A stretch of DNA of 63,893 nt, the filler included, from Choristocarpus tenellus KU-1152 (taxonomy: Eukaryota; Protista; Phaeophyceae), in the NCBI GenBank assembly GCA_964200185.2. It is 10 parts of 10 records of this genome, joined end to end, with 100 filler letters (N's around TTAATTAATTAA, not from the genome) between each part and the next. Parts side by side here need not be neighbours in the genome. Positions count along the whole stretch, not along the records: positions 31,270 to 51,477 come from CAXNAD020000413.1; positions 51,578 to 56,499 come from CAXNAD020012521.1; 8 more parts are not named here. One strand, 5' to 3'. The notes under the pieces are model-generated. The model did not search any database and was not told where the DNA came from. It was given only the letters and a program-made list of their open reading frames with translations. This document shows positions 39,451 through 51,937 of the stretch, in pieces. The translations under genes and the position numbers were made by a program. Each line of letters opens with the position of its first letter. Position 1 is the stretch's first letter.

Positions 39451-42133
39451 ACTGAATTTGAAAAAGTTTGAAGCTGGAGTACAGGAGTTGGGACTTAGAA
39501 GGGGAAAGAGAGAGAAATATGTGAGGATGTAGGGGGGGTTGCAACGCTTTGACATCTGTAGGTGGTGGGTTAGGCAACGGTACCTTTTATCTCATGAGGA
39601 GGGGATGTGCCTGGTTTTTGGTGTTGATCCAAGTATCAGCGCTTCATGGGTGCTTTGTTGCTTCCTGTGTTGGATTGAGAAGGGGAGGGGTAGGCCTTTT
39701 CGATTTGGTCACCCAGGATATCTACTGATGTGGAGTAGTTCTGTACTAGGGAACTTCATCACATTTCCAAACTGCTTCGCTCATTTTGCCGTCATGTGTG
39801 TGGGTGAGTGGGCAGGTAGCTGATCCTCTTGGGGGCAGTAGGTTGTAAACGAGCTTGGGATGGTTCCCCTTGTTTGGGTATTGCGTAAGTGGACTCTTAT
39901 GGTGTTCTATGAGATCCCCACGATGACATGAACTGAAGTTATGAGAGTGAAGATGGGGAGTTGAACTCCATTTTTCTTTCCCTGACCCTTTGGACCCCCA
40001 ATCACCTACCTGCATTTTTGTTGTAGTCTTGACATATTCTGTGGGTTTGAGTTTGGAGAAGAAATTTGTCTTGAACCATGCTAGGTATCTCTTTGTCCTT
40101 GGTTGGGACATGGGGCTACCGTTGTTCTTATTTGAACAGAACACTCCCTTCCATGAAATGAAAGAGATGGAAGGAACAGCTACCTTGCCTATGTGCTGTG
40201 CCTGTGTTGTATGTTTGTGTACTTCTTTGTTTCTGCTTTTGTTTTTTGTCCTACCTAGAGATCCAATGTGGGGAACGTGGGTGGTGTTTTGCTCATGTTA
40301 GAACAGTAGGGATCCGAGTGTACTGCTCTGCAAATGTTTGTTGTGACACAAACCACACACACAGACACAGACACACTATGTGGTCGACTTGCACAGATCG
40401 ACGCTGGAGTGCAGAGGGGGAGGCAGTTGGTTGGAGATTGCCGTGTGAGGAACAAAGGGCCAATTTTGGTCAGGGTGTGAGATGGATGGATATGTTGTGC
40501 GAGTATTTTCTGACTGCTTTTCTCCATTTGCCTTGCCTTTCTGAATCTTGGCTTGTTCCAGCCTACCCCCAGCAGGGCTATAGCAGCACCTCCTGCATTG
40601 CCCTTTGTTGGCATTACATGCGTTGCGCTGACAAGAACCAGTCAAGAGATGTTGAACCCTTGGCTTCCCACTACTGTAGTATACTGCTATGTGACATTAC
40701 AAACACCTACGTACAACATGGTATTCACTGCACTAGGGGGGGTATGCACCCCTCGTTCTTCTCCACCATTGCGTCGAGAAACTGCCATTTACACTTGTCT
40801 CTGCTACCGTTGGATGCTTTATCTCTTTTTGTTGCAGAACTGTGCCTCAGTCTGGCGAATTTCTTAGGAGGGGTTTGTTGACCTGTAGTGTGAGTATATC
40901 TTCTGCATTATTGAGTTTCCTCCCCCAAGGATGACCATGGCTTCATGCCCAATGACTTCTGATGACATGTATGGTCGTGCCCTGTGCAACGAGCCAAGGC
41001 ATGTAGCATTTGCAGCTACAATAATTGGCTGAATCCTTTGGTCACTCCAGGCAACCTATTTCTAACCCAGCATGCTAACCCAGCATGCCGTTCCCGCATT
41101 TTGTGAGTTTGGAAACTCGGTATGGAGCGCAGACAGCTTTCATCCGACTGAAGACATCAACTTGTCGTGGTTCAGACAATACCCGCCTTATACTGCCATA
41201 AGGTACAGTTTGAAGGTGTGAGGCCAGGTTGAATTTAGTTAAACTTCTGACTTGGACTATTTATGTTCGACTCACCGGCACCACACTTGCCTGACTGTTC
41301 CACATTCCATACTCTGAGGCAATCTCCACAATAAATGTCAGAGTCCAGAGGGGTGCTACTTTATCAATGGTTGCTCAGTCCTACTTTACCCCACTGAACA
41401 AGACTACACTTCTCTGATGCCCTGTCTTCTCATGTAGCTGTCTTGAAGCACTAATGATACTGGCACTGATAAGTACCACCTCATATAAATTGTAGTGACC
41501 AAAGTGGACGGTAGCTCAATAGCACCAGCAATCACCTCTATGTCGCAAGAGACATGGCTCCCTGTGGGTAGGATGTTTGTAGACGAAATTCTGGAACTCT
41601 GCTTATGTTTTCTCCCCCCCAGAAGTCATGCTGTATGAGTGATTGAGGAAAATATTATGAAGAAAATGTATGAGCTTCATGTTTTATATTGGACATGAGT
41701 GTAAGTGTCTGGAGAATTGGTAGCATTAGAAGTAACTGGTTGTGCCATTAACGGACACATGTTGGAGTTGATTTTCCAATGCCGGGGTTCCTGGACAATC
41801 ACACAATTAAGTCGAGTACAACAGACAGCCTGTCAAAGGAAATATACAAGCAAGTGAGCACACACACGCACATCCACACCTCTGCAAATACTCCATAGTT
41901 CATAATGAGATAGTAGTTAAGTCAAAAACATTACCACTACATCCTTCCATGTTCTGTGGTCTATGTTTCCTTCCTAATCTCTATGTCATGCAATACATAC
42001 CATTGTATGATGATAGCTAATGTTCAGGCTACCTAGCTTGAACGATGAAGATCATATGATGTATGGTGCACCTAGGCACCTGCAGGTGAGTACTGATGCT
42101 CCAACACCATGTATTGCTAGTTTTCGCACCCCT

Positions 42134-45100
42134 CTATATACCGTTTTGGAATCTACCACAGCTCCCGTCACTGGCTGAATGAATACTGCCGACTATAGGT
42201 GGGTTTGAGGAGAAGAGAGCAGCCCCGTTTTGGCTGAACAAGTGAGCAATTGATGGGTGGACCCATTCAGAAGCTCTGTTGCTAGGAGAGTCAGCACTCT
42301 GCCCCTCAGTGGTTACCCTCTCAAGACCTGTCATCTTAAGTCCTGCTTGACCATCGGTGCAGGGTCACATGTGTTATGGAGGAAGGACACGCAACAAGGT
42401 GCCAGGTTATCAGAAAATGGAAATCGGTCACAATGTACATTTGATCACACTCGAATGCTTAGAATAGTTTAGGCGTTTTGGGAGATTGGGACAACTCTCT
42501 GCTCTCCAGAGGCACAATCTGTACGTGAAACAATTTATAGGGCAACCAACATTAAAGAACGATCCCTTACACATTTTTCGATTAATCTCGCCTTTCTTTT
42601 TGTCAACTTTCCTGTGCAAGATTTGTGAATTCCTCCTTGATGTGAAAGCTTATCTTTTATTTTCATAGCCAGCCGAATAATTGAGACAGGTACAAGGTTG
42701 AGCATGCATCGTTTCCCACATCACTCTTTCCACCGTGTACCCCATACCTGGGTCATGCTTGTTGAGGAAGGATTGTAAATACAAGTAGGATCGCAGTGCA
42801 GCATTGCGAAGGCCCTCTGGTACACCTTCTTCTTGTCTTTCCTGAGTGGGATTGGGCGTGGGGAGGGTTGAGAAAGAGAAGGGGGAAAGGGTGGATATAG
42901 TTAAGGGGCATAAAAGAAGAATTAGGGATAGGGTTAGGGTTAGGGTTAGGTTTGGGGTTAGAAGTGATGCTGAGAGAAATATCAGTAAGATTTTGGGGTA
43001 GGGAAGGTTGCAGAATGAACTCATCCAATGGCTCAACGTGAGAAGTAGTATATTCCATTGGTTCAAGTCAATCTTGAAAGATCGATGCAGTCTCCAAGGT
43101 AGATCAGGTACTGGATATTGAATCAGATGTCTTGGCCAGCCTGATCTCGACCCTAGATTGGCGTATTGTTGACTGGATTGAATGTTGGATAAATAATTCT
43201 TGATGATGCTCAACCCAATATCCCACCTCTTTATTGGTCTTGCTGGGGCTGTGGGGATGCAAGGTGCACACTGCTGAATGGCGATTGAACGCACAGTACA
43301 CAGTACTACAACAGAGGGGTGAAGATAGCATCAACGATGTCATTGGTGGGAGGAACATGTTGAGAAAGCCAGTAACTGTGAGGATGCTGACAAATATATA
43401 CAAAATTCGCCCTTTTGCTTCCAAATTTGTGTATGATACAGTATTTTCTTATTATGTCGGAAATGTTTCAAACCATAGAGAAAAAAACACTCTCAAGTCA
43501 ATCTTGGAGCATTACTCATAGAAGTATGGGTGAATTGCAGAAGATTGAAAACTGGCTCATAATGAAAAACGTCCACAAACTGGGTACCTCTCATTTACTT
43601 TGGCTCAGGAAGTTCATAAAAATTACACTACCGAAACAACAATTACATCAGGATCAGAGATCGGGAAGCCCATATGGTCTGCGCTGTATTTTGGCACTGG
43701 GATAGGGATAGGGATTGGGATCAGGAAAGGTAGTTAACTTTTGGGTGTGTGTTGGTTTGCACTTATAGTCCTTGCAATGTGGAACACTGCTGAAAAAAAT
43801 GCTGCTCTTGGCATCGTGCCACCTAACCCTAGAATCTTGTTGATATTTAAAATTAATAATATTGTTAGTATTGTTATCCTTTTCATTGGCACTACCCTGT
43901 AGTCTGGGATTAGATATGCAGAGGGTGGGGGAGGTGAATGGGCAGAAGTGATGCGGTGGAGGGTAGTGACATACTTCAGCCAATGGTTCTGCATGGTCTG
44001 GGTACCATCAGGAGGGAGGGAAGAGTCGTAGGGTGGTGTATGCACAGCGGGAGGAGGAACACATGATAATATTATGATTCAATTGGTGGTCTATTGTTGT
44101 CTCGAGGTTGGTGTTAGGTTTAGGGTCAGGGTTAGGGTACAACATTCTGTACATTCCTATGTAGCACTACTGTAGGAATCTCGGGACTTGTAGATGCAGC
44201 AAAAAAAAAACACCTTGCTCCATCTTTGTACTCTCACTGGTGCCCTGATCTCCTTCCCTCATCTCCCCCTCTCAAGCATGAAAATATCACAAGCAAGAGA
44301 TCATGTTACCTGCAGAAATCGAACCTCTATGGCACATAGCAAGCGCCAAAACAGTATGGACCACATAGTACACGTACACGAAACTCTCCAACAAATCCTG
44401 GTAAGTCATGCACACAGATGCAAGGTACCCATCTGCCCACCTTTTTGTGGATGGTCATAAAGAAGGTGTTGACCGGGCCGCTAATTTCGCTTGCAATACT
44501 TTCTTCGATTCCATCATAGACGAGGTTAACCACCTTCTCCTGCCACCCTCCCTCCTCGCCTGCAGGTGCCGGAGGAGTGGGGAGGTCCGGCATCTCGCCC
44601 TCATCTACAGCTGCAGTGACAATGACGCAGCCAAACTTTAGGGCACATCCCAATTTTGTCGCCCAATCATATGGGAGTGTCAACCGATACCCTTGACCAT
44701 CCTTGCCGGACCTGGCATTTATTTAGGGCACATGAATTATTGAGGACAACAGCTTGATGGTCGTAGAAAGTACAGCATTCTGATCGGAAATCAGAACAAT
44801 TGCTCCACATCCTATGTTGTCGGTCAAGAGTCAACTGTTGTGGAGGTAAAGCGTGGAGGGAGGAGTAGAGTGGAAATGGTTATGGATGTTCTCAATCTGG
44901 AGGCAGGTACTGTCCATTTCTTATTAGGATTAAGGGGCTAAACTATTATAGCAAAGTGCTCTTATTTCAGGAGGGGGGGTGGGGGTCAATCTCTTTTGCA
45001 ATTGTGTATTGGTTGAGGACAATTCTATAGCAGCTGTTTTGTGAACTATCCTGAGTATCATATACCAAAATATCACTGGCAGAAGCAGAACATATATCCT

Positions 45101-48100
45101 GTAGTTTCTCTGCTCAACATCAGTTTGAATATTTATTTGTCTCCATCCATGCAAACTATCCAAGTTGATGCTGAAAAGAGGAAGAAAAAAATAGGAGTAC
45201 TCTCTGGAGCAACCAACCATGTTGTGATACTGTAATTAATGAAGAAATGACATCAAAGCGCTTGGATAACAATATGAGATGCTGAGAAGGTGGCTGAAGC
45301 ACTCATATCCAACATAGAAAGTTTGAAAATATGGAAATGAATCTGTATCTGAGGTAAAAACAAACGACCCATAGCACTTAAACGTGTAGGAGCTTTGCTC
45401 TGTTTGTCGGTTCGGGGCTTGGCTTCTGTTTTATACCTTTTTCGATTTTCTGTGTGAAAATTTCGGATTTCAGAGTAGGTAGAATGTGTATGGCAATGAA
45501 TGGTGTGTCCGGAGCAAGGATTTTGACACTTTTCTAACAAACACAATAGCCAAAATTAATCCAAATCGCAAAATTGGATTTATTACCCTGAACGGACGCG
45601 GCCCTACCCTCTTAAAGGCTTTGGCTCAACACAGTAGAGACATCAAAATGTATCCAGTGTTGAACACCATCACGCTGACGACAGGAACAGAGTTTAGAAT
45701 GCATACTGCGTATCACTTCATCATTCCACCAGTCCTTCAAGTCTACATCTTCCTCACTCAACACCACTAGGAGTCTTTGTGTCACTCTATCTCCTCCATC
45801 ACCTCCACCTTTTGTCTGCAGCCGTGATGTGACATCTGCCACACCCTGAGGCTTCTATCCTCAGGGATACTCCTACCCCAGTGTTACCCAGGATCCTATA
45901 CAATTTCTCCCCTGTAACCTGCCTCAATGTTTCTCACTCAACTTAGTTTTCACTGTATCAGCACATTAAGCAAAGAGGGTAACAACTTAAGCGCATTGGC
46001 ACAAGGTGGACTGTTGTTGCCCATCTCCCCCAAAGTTTACCTTGCTACCAACCCCTTTTTCAATACCCCTCTCTTGCAAGAACCCTGTCTTCATTTTATG
46101 ACACTCAACCTCCTAAGTAACTCACTTGGCAGGTATCATGGTGATGGGACACACAAAATTCAGTCTCACTGGCTTCTTTAACCACTCGTCTGTGGTATCT
46201 AGAGGGGGTGGGTTTCTCTTGTATGGTGGGGTATCTGGGGTGATCCACACAAGGCGGGGGCAATCCACTATCTCTGCATCATCTACCTGTTTGTTGGGGG
46301 GAGGGGGGAGTCCAAAGGGTGGTTTGTAGAACGGTTCATTGGTGTGCTGTGTGTAATACTCTAGATCTCACGGTGATGGCCATAAAAACTCAGCCTAATC
46401 TATTGTTTTTTCATCAATGTCAGCATCTTCAAGGTCATCCTCTGGAGCACCATCCTTTGTATCTCCTCCTGGAGGGCACTATTGAGCAGGGGCAGAAGTC
46501 AACACAGGAGGATGTAACTTGGAGTATTCACGAAGGGCATGGCCTTTGCGAGTCGTGTATAATGGGATTATAATGTCTACATGTACAGGGGAAAATAATG
46601 TAACAAGACCTTTTGTGAATTGACACACAGGAGAGTGCATTAATGATATACTCCTGAGAACAAGGGTACCGGCATCTACCAAATGCCCCCCACATGGGGG
46701 GTAAGGATAGTGCATTCATGGTGCTGTCACCATGAATATGGATGCACACCTAGCCATATACAGTATGCAAGATACTGCAAAGAGCAGATTCGAGGGGCAT
46801 GGAATTCATGGTTACGACAACACCAAGAACTTAACTAAACTACATTGAAATACTAGTAACAAGTTACACAGAAAAAAGCTACCACCACTCTACAGAAGCA
46901 ACTACTCCACTCACGATGTCTCTGAGTTGCTGTATGTATCCTCTTGTTGCCATCACTGCAGGACTTGACAGCAATTTCGCAGCTCCACTTCCTTCTGAGG
47001 GGCTATTGGACCGGCCATCTTCCTTATGTCCACCTTTGCCAGGAGGAGGGCTCCAGGGGGGGGTGTTTGTACCTCGGCTTGTCATCTGAACTGGCCTCAA
47101 GGCTGAGATTTTTGTAGTGGAGTTGACGTATTGGAACAGTGTAAGAGAGCTGTGTGAGTGCAAGGTGTCAAAGTGAGGAATAAGGTATAGTGTTGTTAGC
47201 TAGCCCAAACCTTTAAGGTAGAGGGGGACATGGAGCCAAACATGTTGATAGATGAATTACCTCGAAAAAATATTGCGTGTCTTACTTCGTAGGTCTCCTA
47301 GATTTATTGCACTACTACAATTGCAGAGTGTACTTCTGACACTATGGGGTGTACATGGTGGTGCCAAGATAAGGGTTAGGATTACCTTTTCAATGTGGGA
47401 AAACCATAGAGTTGTGCCGAACAGCGTACACCTCGCCTGATGCGCACACCAAACAATCACGTACAAGCAAATAAATAGACAAATGGACACATGCTGCGGT
47501 AGACACATTCACTCATGTAATCAAAACTCTCTCTTGCATGCACAACAACAAAATGAAACTTTGATTGGGAGGTCTCACATAAGAAAGTATCATGAAAACG
47601 CAGTGAGAACACTAGACCCTGAGCAGGGCATATTGAAGTGGCAGTGATCTCCGGCTCCCAGTAGATGCCCCTGACAGCCAAGGACCCCAACTTTGCCAAT
47701 GAGGCGGCATATTTTAATTCACGTCTAACAGAGGAGCTTTTCTGAGGAAAAATTATGGTTGTGTTTGTGAAACATAAAACAGAAATGACCGTGGGGGGGG
47801 CGGGTCATGGCATCTCTGTGGTGAACATTGATATGTTTCTTATGCTCACTTTTATGTCATAAAGTTGATATAGCTGATTACTTATGATATAGTCAGAAAA
47901 GGGGGTGTTAGTTCTTGCGGCAACAGGCAAGTTATAAATTCGACTTCAAGGTCATGGCTTGTAGTAGAAGTAGTGCTGAAGAAACTGATTGCAAAATCAG
48001 TGGAAGGCGGAAGGTAGGGGGGAATGAGGGAGAGTAACATATTCGACCCTCGCCTGAGCAGCAATGGACCAACACAGTTGAAACATGGAGGCCTCCCTTA

Positions 48101-50988
48101 TCAAGTCTGAAGTGCGCCCCTCATCGCCAGGTACTCTTGTGTAGGCGTTGGTGATGCCTAGGCCATTGATGCAATCGATGGTTGGCTTGAACAGGTACTC
48201 CTCCTGGGCTGCATAGCTCAAGAACACTGACTCGACAGCCTTGGATATTTTAAACAGAGGAGGTAGTAAGTGAGTGGACATGTTCATAAGAGTATGAAAC
48301 CTGATGTTGCAAACAGGTGAGCTCAAGGTGGAGCAATTGGAGGCACAGTTTTTGATGTCCACGGCTTCCATTTAACCAATATAATAACCTTGACTGGAAT
48401 ATGAATGGAATGATATGAAGGATTTTTCTGCTTGACCCTTTCTTGATATCTTACCTGCACCACTGGGCCCAGAACAATGGTCTTCGATGAACTGTCTTGC
48501 TGAGATGACACTACCTCCATCTCCACCTGTGCCTGCGCTAGCAGGAGAGGTCCGATATAGAAATCGATAACACCCCTTATCTTGCCTGAGCTGATGGTGT
48601 GAGGTGTCCGTACCTCGAGGGGCAAGCAATGAAAATCCTTCATCCACTTGACCGTTGCCTGCACGGGGTTAACACAGCAAGCCTTTGTCGTGTGATAGGA
48701 GGACAGGAAAGACGCGAAGAAGGGTGTGTTGGAGTGTCTGTCAGCGAGGATATAGGGATGGTTGAGAACCTTACAGTGTAGGACTCCAGTCCCAGATAGA
48801 TATACATACGACAATATACAGCTCTCTTTACTCATTTTTTACTTTCGAAGACCCTGGGTGAGAGCTGGCTAGTGAGGTTAGAGAGTCATGAAGGCCATAA
48901 ATTTTTCTGATTGGTTTGCAAACTAGTGACTTCTGAATAACACAAGGAGGACGGAGTAGGAGGCAGTAAGCCTCAGCGGACAACTTTCCTGAGGGGTAGA
49001 GCTATATCGTGCTGCCATTTGGCATAGGATGATAAAGGATTGGGCCAAAGCATTTAGAGGGTAGGGCCGCGTCTGTTCAGGATCATAAATCCAATGTTGC
49101 GATTTTGATTCATTTTTGCAATGGTGTTTGTTAGCAAGTGTCCATATCCTTGCTCCAGACACACCTCTCATAGTCGTATAAATTTTATGTAACTGTGTGT
49201 TCATACAGAAAACCGATATAAAACACTGGTGGGAAGTCAAGCCCTGAACAGACATACAGGGCAAAACTCCTACGATCTTAAATGCTTTGGTCCATTGTGC
49301 CAAAGCATATTCACCGGATACTTGTCTGGGTAAAGTCATAAATCAGTACTGCACAGGTGATTTTGGAAGATTATCTTAAAATAGGGTACCAGACACTCTA
49401 ACTGAAGAGGGTGTGAAATATTATTACCTAGATAGGCCAGCCATTTCTGTCAAATTACTCTAAATGGCAGGGACTCGAGGGCGTAGCAGAACAAAGATAC
49501 ATTACAAGATGGTGTAGATACAACCAAGGAATGGCATCGAGGTGAAGGTTTCTTTTCAGGTTGGATCAAATCTAACTCTAACCCCCACACTAACTTCGAA
49601 GGTTTGTCACACCTTGGGGAAGCACGGGCGGATAACCACCTCAGTTCCTGGAGGTATAGCTCTATCGCCGTCCTCAACCATGTCCTTGTGGATGTAGGAC
49701 ATACCATTCACACTCGCATCATGCGCTCTGTGAACAGCCTTGCCTACTGCCGGCTCGAACATGTAGGCATTGATGTTGTTCCACTGGTAGTGCCATATGA
49801 ACCGTTGCATGATGCAGAGGTTGTAGATATAGGATCAGACGTGTGCACTGTGCTTGAGGGTATAGTGAAACATACAGACCAAGTGTGTGCTTGTGTTGCT
49901 TGACTGTAAAATAGGCAGCTGTTGCCCTCCCAAACCTTTCCTTGACACCAACAGATTGAGTGCTCCAAAAGCTGCTCTGTCAGGAAATAACGTTATTCTT
50001 GCCTATGCACTATGTATCATGATTCTTATTCTAGAGGGTCAGAAAGAGAGAATGTGGAACACCACACCAATCAGCCCCTAAACTGTAACAAGAGACGCAA
50101 AGTATCTGGGGGGGGGGAGGGTCTATGCCAGGGGTGTCCATTTGGGTCCAAATCAGGAAAAGTGCATCTACATTATCCATCGGACATATGCAACCAAATC
50201 ACACAAAAATTGCAACATGAAAAAATTGACCCCAAATGGACAGCCGCCACCCCCCCCCTCCAGATACTTTTAGCCAGACCGTACAAGAAACATTGGTGTA
50301 TTCCTCGAGATACATAAAAAAAGGACTGTAGAAGCCGAGCCCCGAACGGACAAACAGGGCAAAACTCCCACACTCTTAAATGCTTAGGACCCAAAGTTTC
50401 TGGGGGGGGGGGGGGGATCTACACCAGGGTGTCCATTTGAACCAAAATCAGGAAAAGTGTGTTTACATTATCCATCAGACGTATGCAACCAAATCGCCCA
50501 AAACTCGCGACATGAAAAAAATTGACCCCAAATGGGGAGCCACCACTTCCCCCCCCCCCAGATACTTTGAGCCTTTGGGTCAAGGCTGAATGACGTAGTA
50601 ACATTTCCGCCACTACATTCATACAAACGATCCCTTCTCAAGTCCAAGTACCCTTTGCTGTGCTGGTCCTATCCCCTGCGACATCCCCTCCTTTCACATG
50701 TATTTCCCCTTGCAGTACAATGAATAGGAAATTTGCTGTGCTGGTCCTATCCCCTGCGACATCCCCTCCTTTTTCATGTATCACCCATTCCAGTATGATG
50801 AATGGAACATACCTGCTCGCCAGCCTTGATGCTGCAGGGATATGCTACCCTGAAGCAGGCCCTGGGGCTCATCTCACAACCAGAAGGCTCCACAGCTGAT
50901 TCTGACCTTGATGGTGGTGCTGATCCAGGCGAGTGACTGCGGTGTCGGTTGCTGCGAGGACTGGAAGTTCCATTGCGTGAACGTTCCC
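42134..50988 (-). CDS. Multi-exon gene (5' incomplete): low-complexity linker + beta-sandwich domain + TIR (Toll/IL-1R, TIR_2-like) domain + ROCO/TORNADO1-type C-terminal domain; ~600 aa visible
   Basis: Phase-consistent exons (minus): 50988-50813 (..ACFRVAYPCSIKAGEQ), 49783-49613 (WNNINAYMF..IPPGTEVVIRPCFPK), 48682-48455 (ACCVNPVQATVKWMKDFHC..GVIDFYIGPLLLAQ..GPVVQ), 48239-48054 (AVESVFLSYAAQE..IREASMFQLCWSIAAQ; GC donor), 47741-~47579 (KSSSVRRELKYA..VRGIYWEP..), ~47090-46915, 46286-46126 (VDCPRLVWITP..EWLKKPVRLNFVCPITMIPAK), 44711-44441 (SGKDGQGYRLTLPYDWATKLGCALKFG..), 42841-42748 (..ALRSYLYLQSFLNKHDP), 42342-42134 (GLKMTGLERVT..EWVHPSIAHLFSQNG..). The 47579/47090 junction and the final stop are the least certain boundaries. 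Confidence 0.8.
45366..45627. mobile_element. MITE family B, full copy (intronic)
   Basis: GACCCATAGCACTTAAACG...CTACCCTCTTAAAGGCTTTGGCTC; TSD AAC/AAC. Confidence 0.85.
49042..49293. mobile_element. MITE family B, full copy (intronic, opposite orientation)
   Basis: GGGCCAAAGCATTTAGAGGGTAG...CTTAAATGCTTTGGTCC; TSD ATT/ATT. Confidence 0.85.
50094..50275. mobile_element. MITE family A, full copy (intronic)
   Basis: GACGCAAAGTATCTGGGG...CAGATACTTTTAGCC; TSD AGA/AGA. Confidence 0.9.
50388..50573. mobile_element. MITE family A inserted into the terminal repeat of a partial family B copy (~50325-50581)
   Basis: The B end CTCTTAAATGC-TTTG-GGTC is split as TGC TTAG [A copy] TTTG GGTC. Confidence 0.85.
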
Positions 50989-51385
50989 CTTCAACGAAAT
51001 TGAGAGAGATTAAGTGGCAGAGGTCAGAGTGGGAAAAGAGGGGTGAAAGGGGGGTCAGGGGGTGGTGGTTAGGGGGGGATGGTTAGGGACAGAACATGCT
51101 ACGAGAGTAGGATGTCAAAAAGGAAAGGGAACCCAAATACGTGCCATAGACACGGTCTTGTGATCTTGAACTACTCTGTCAAAAAAGTTGATTGAGGGAG
51201 GAAAACGTCCATGTGGTAGACTAATGTTTGAAAGCTTTCCGCTTTCCGCTAACTTGGAAATAAATTTTGCTGTCGGCCAAGCGGTGTGACCTTACTTACA
51301 CAATACTCTGAAGTATTTGCTTGAAAAGCTGGAGTAAGTAAGTAGTTCTTATATCACACCGTCCGAATCGACTGAAAGGAAGCCC

Positions 51386-51416
<31 letters not shown>

Positions 51417-51937
51417 TTATATATACGTCATTTGGATGGAGGGTCAAAGTATCTTGGGGGGGGGGGGTGGTTAGTGANNNNNNNNNNNNNNNNNNNNNNN
51501 NNNNNNNNNNNNNNNNNNNNNTTAATTAATTAANNNNNNNNNNNNNNNNNNNNNNNNNNNNNNNNNNNNNNNNNNNNAGATAGGTCACCTTCAGGGTATA
51601 CCTTCTACATGATATTCAAGATAGGTAATCTTCAGGGTATACCTTCTGTGGAATGTGGCTCTCACACTGGTACTACTTTAGTTGCAATATACCAAACTAG
51701 CTCTATAAGTACTTACAGAAAAAAAAACTGTCTCTTCTGAGACCATGTTGTGAGATATCCTTGACAACGCCAGCGTAATAATATTACGTGAGGGTGAGCA
51801 TTATCCACCCCGTCTACAACATCTGGAACGATCGGCCAGGCAGTGGTTTCGAAGTATACTCTTCCTGTTCTTCTGGCCAATTCAAGCACTGGAAATCATC
51901 CCAAGTGCTCTATATTTGAAGAAGTGTTCCGAATACA

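Noticed and set aside
45612-45842. Candidate extra exon (..QRLLVVLSEEDVDLKDWWNDE) in the TIR gene
   Set aside because: Exon 46286-46126 already joins 44711 in phase and supplies the CPRL/LNFVCP motifs.
49604-49903. Plus-strand ORF; likewise 44408-44641 (+), 32408-32959 (+) and 38079-38639 (-)
   Set aside because: Antisense shadows of real exons.
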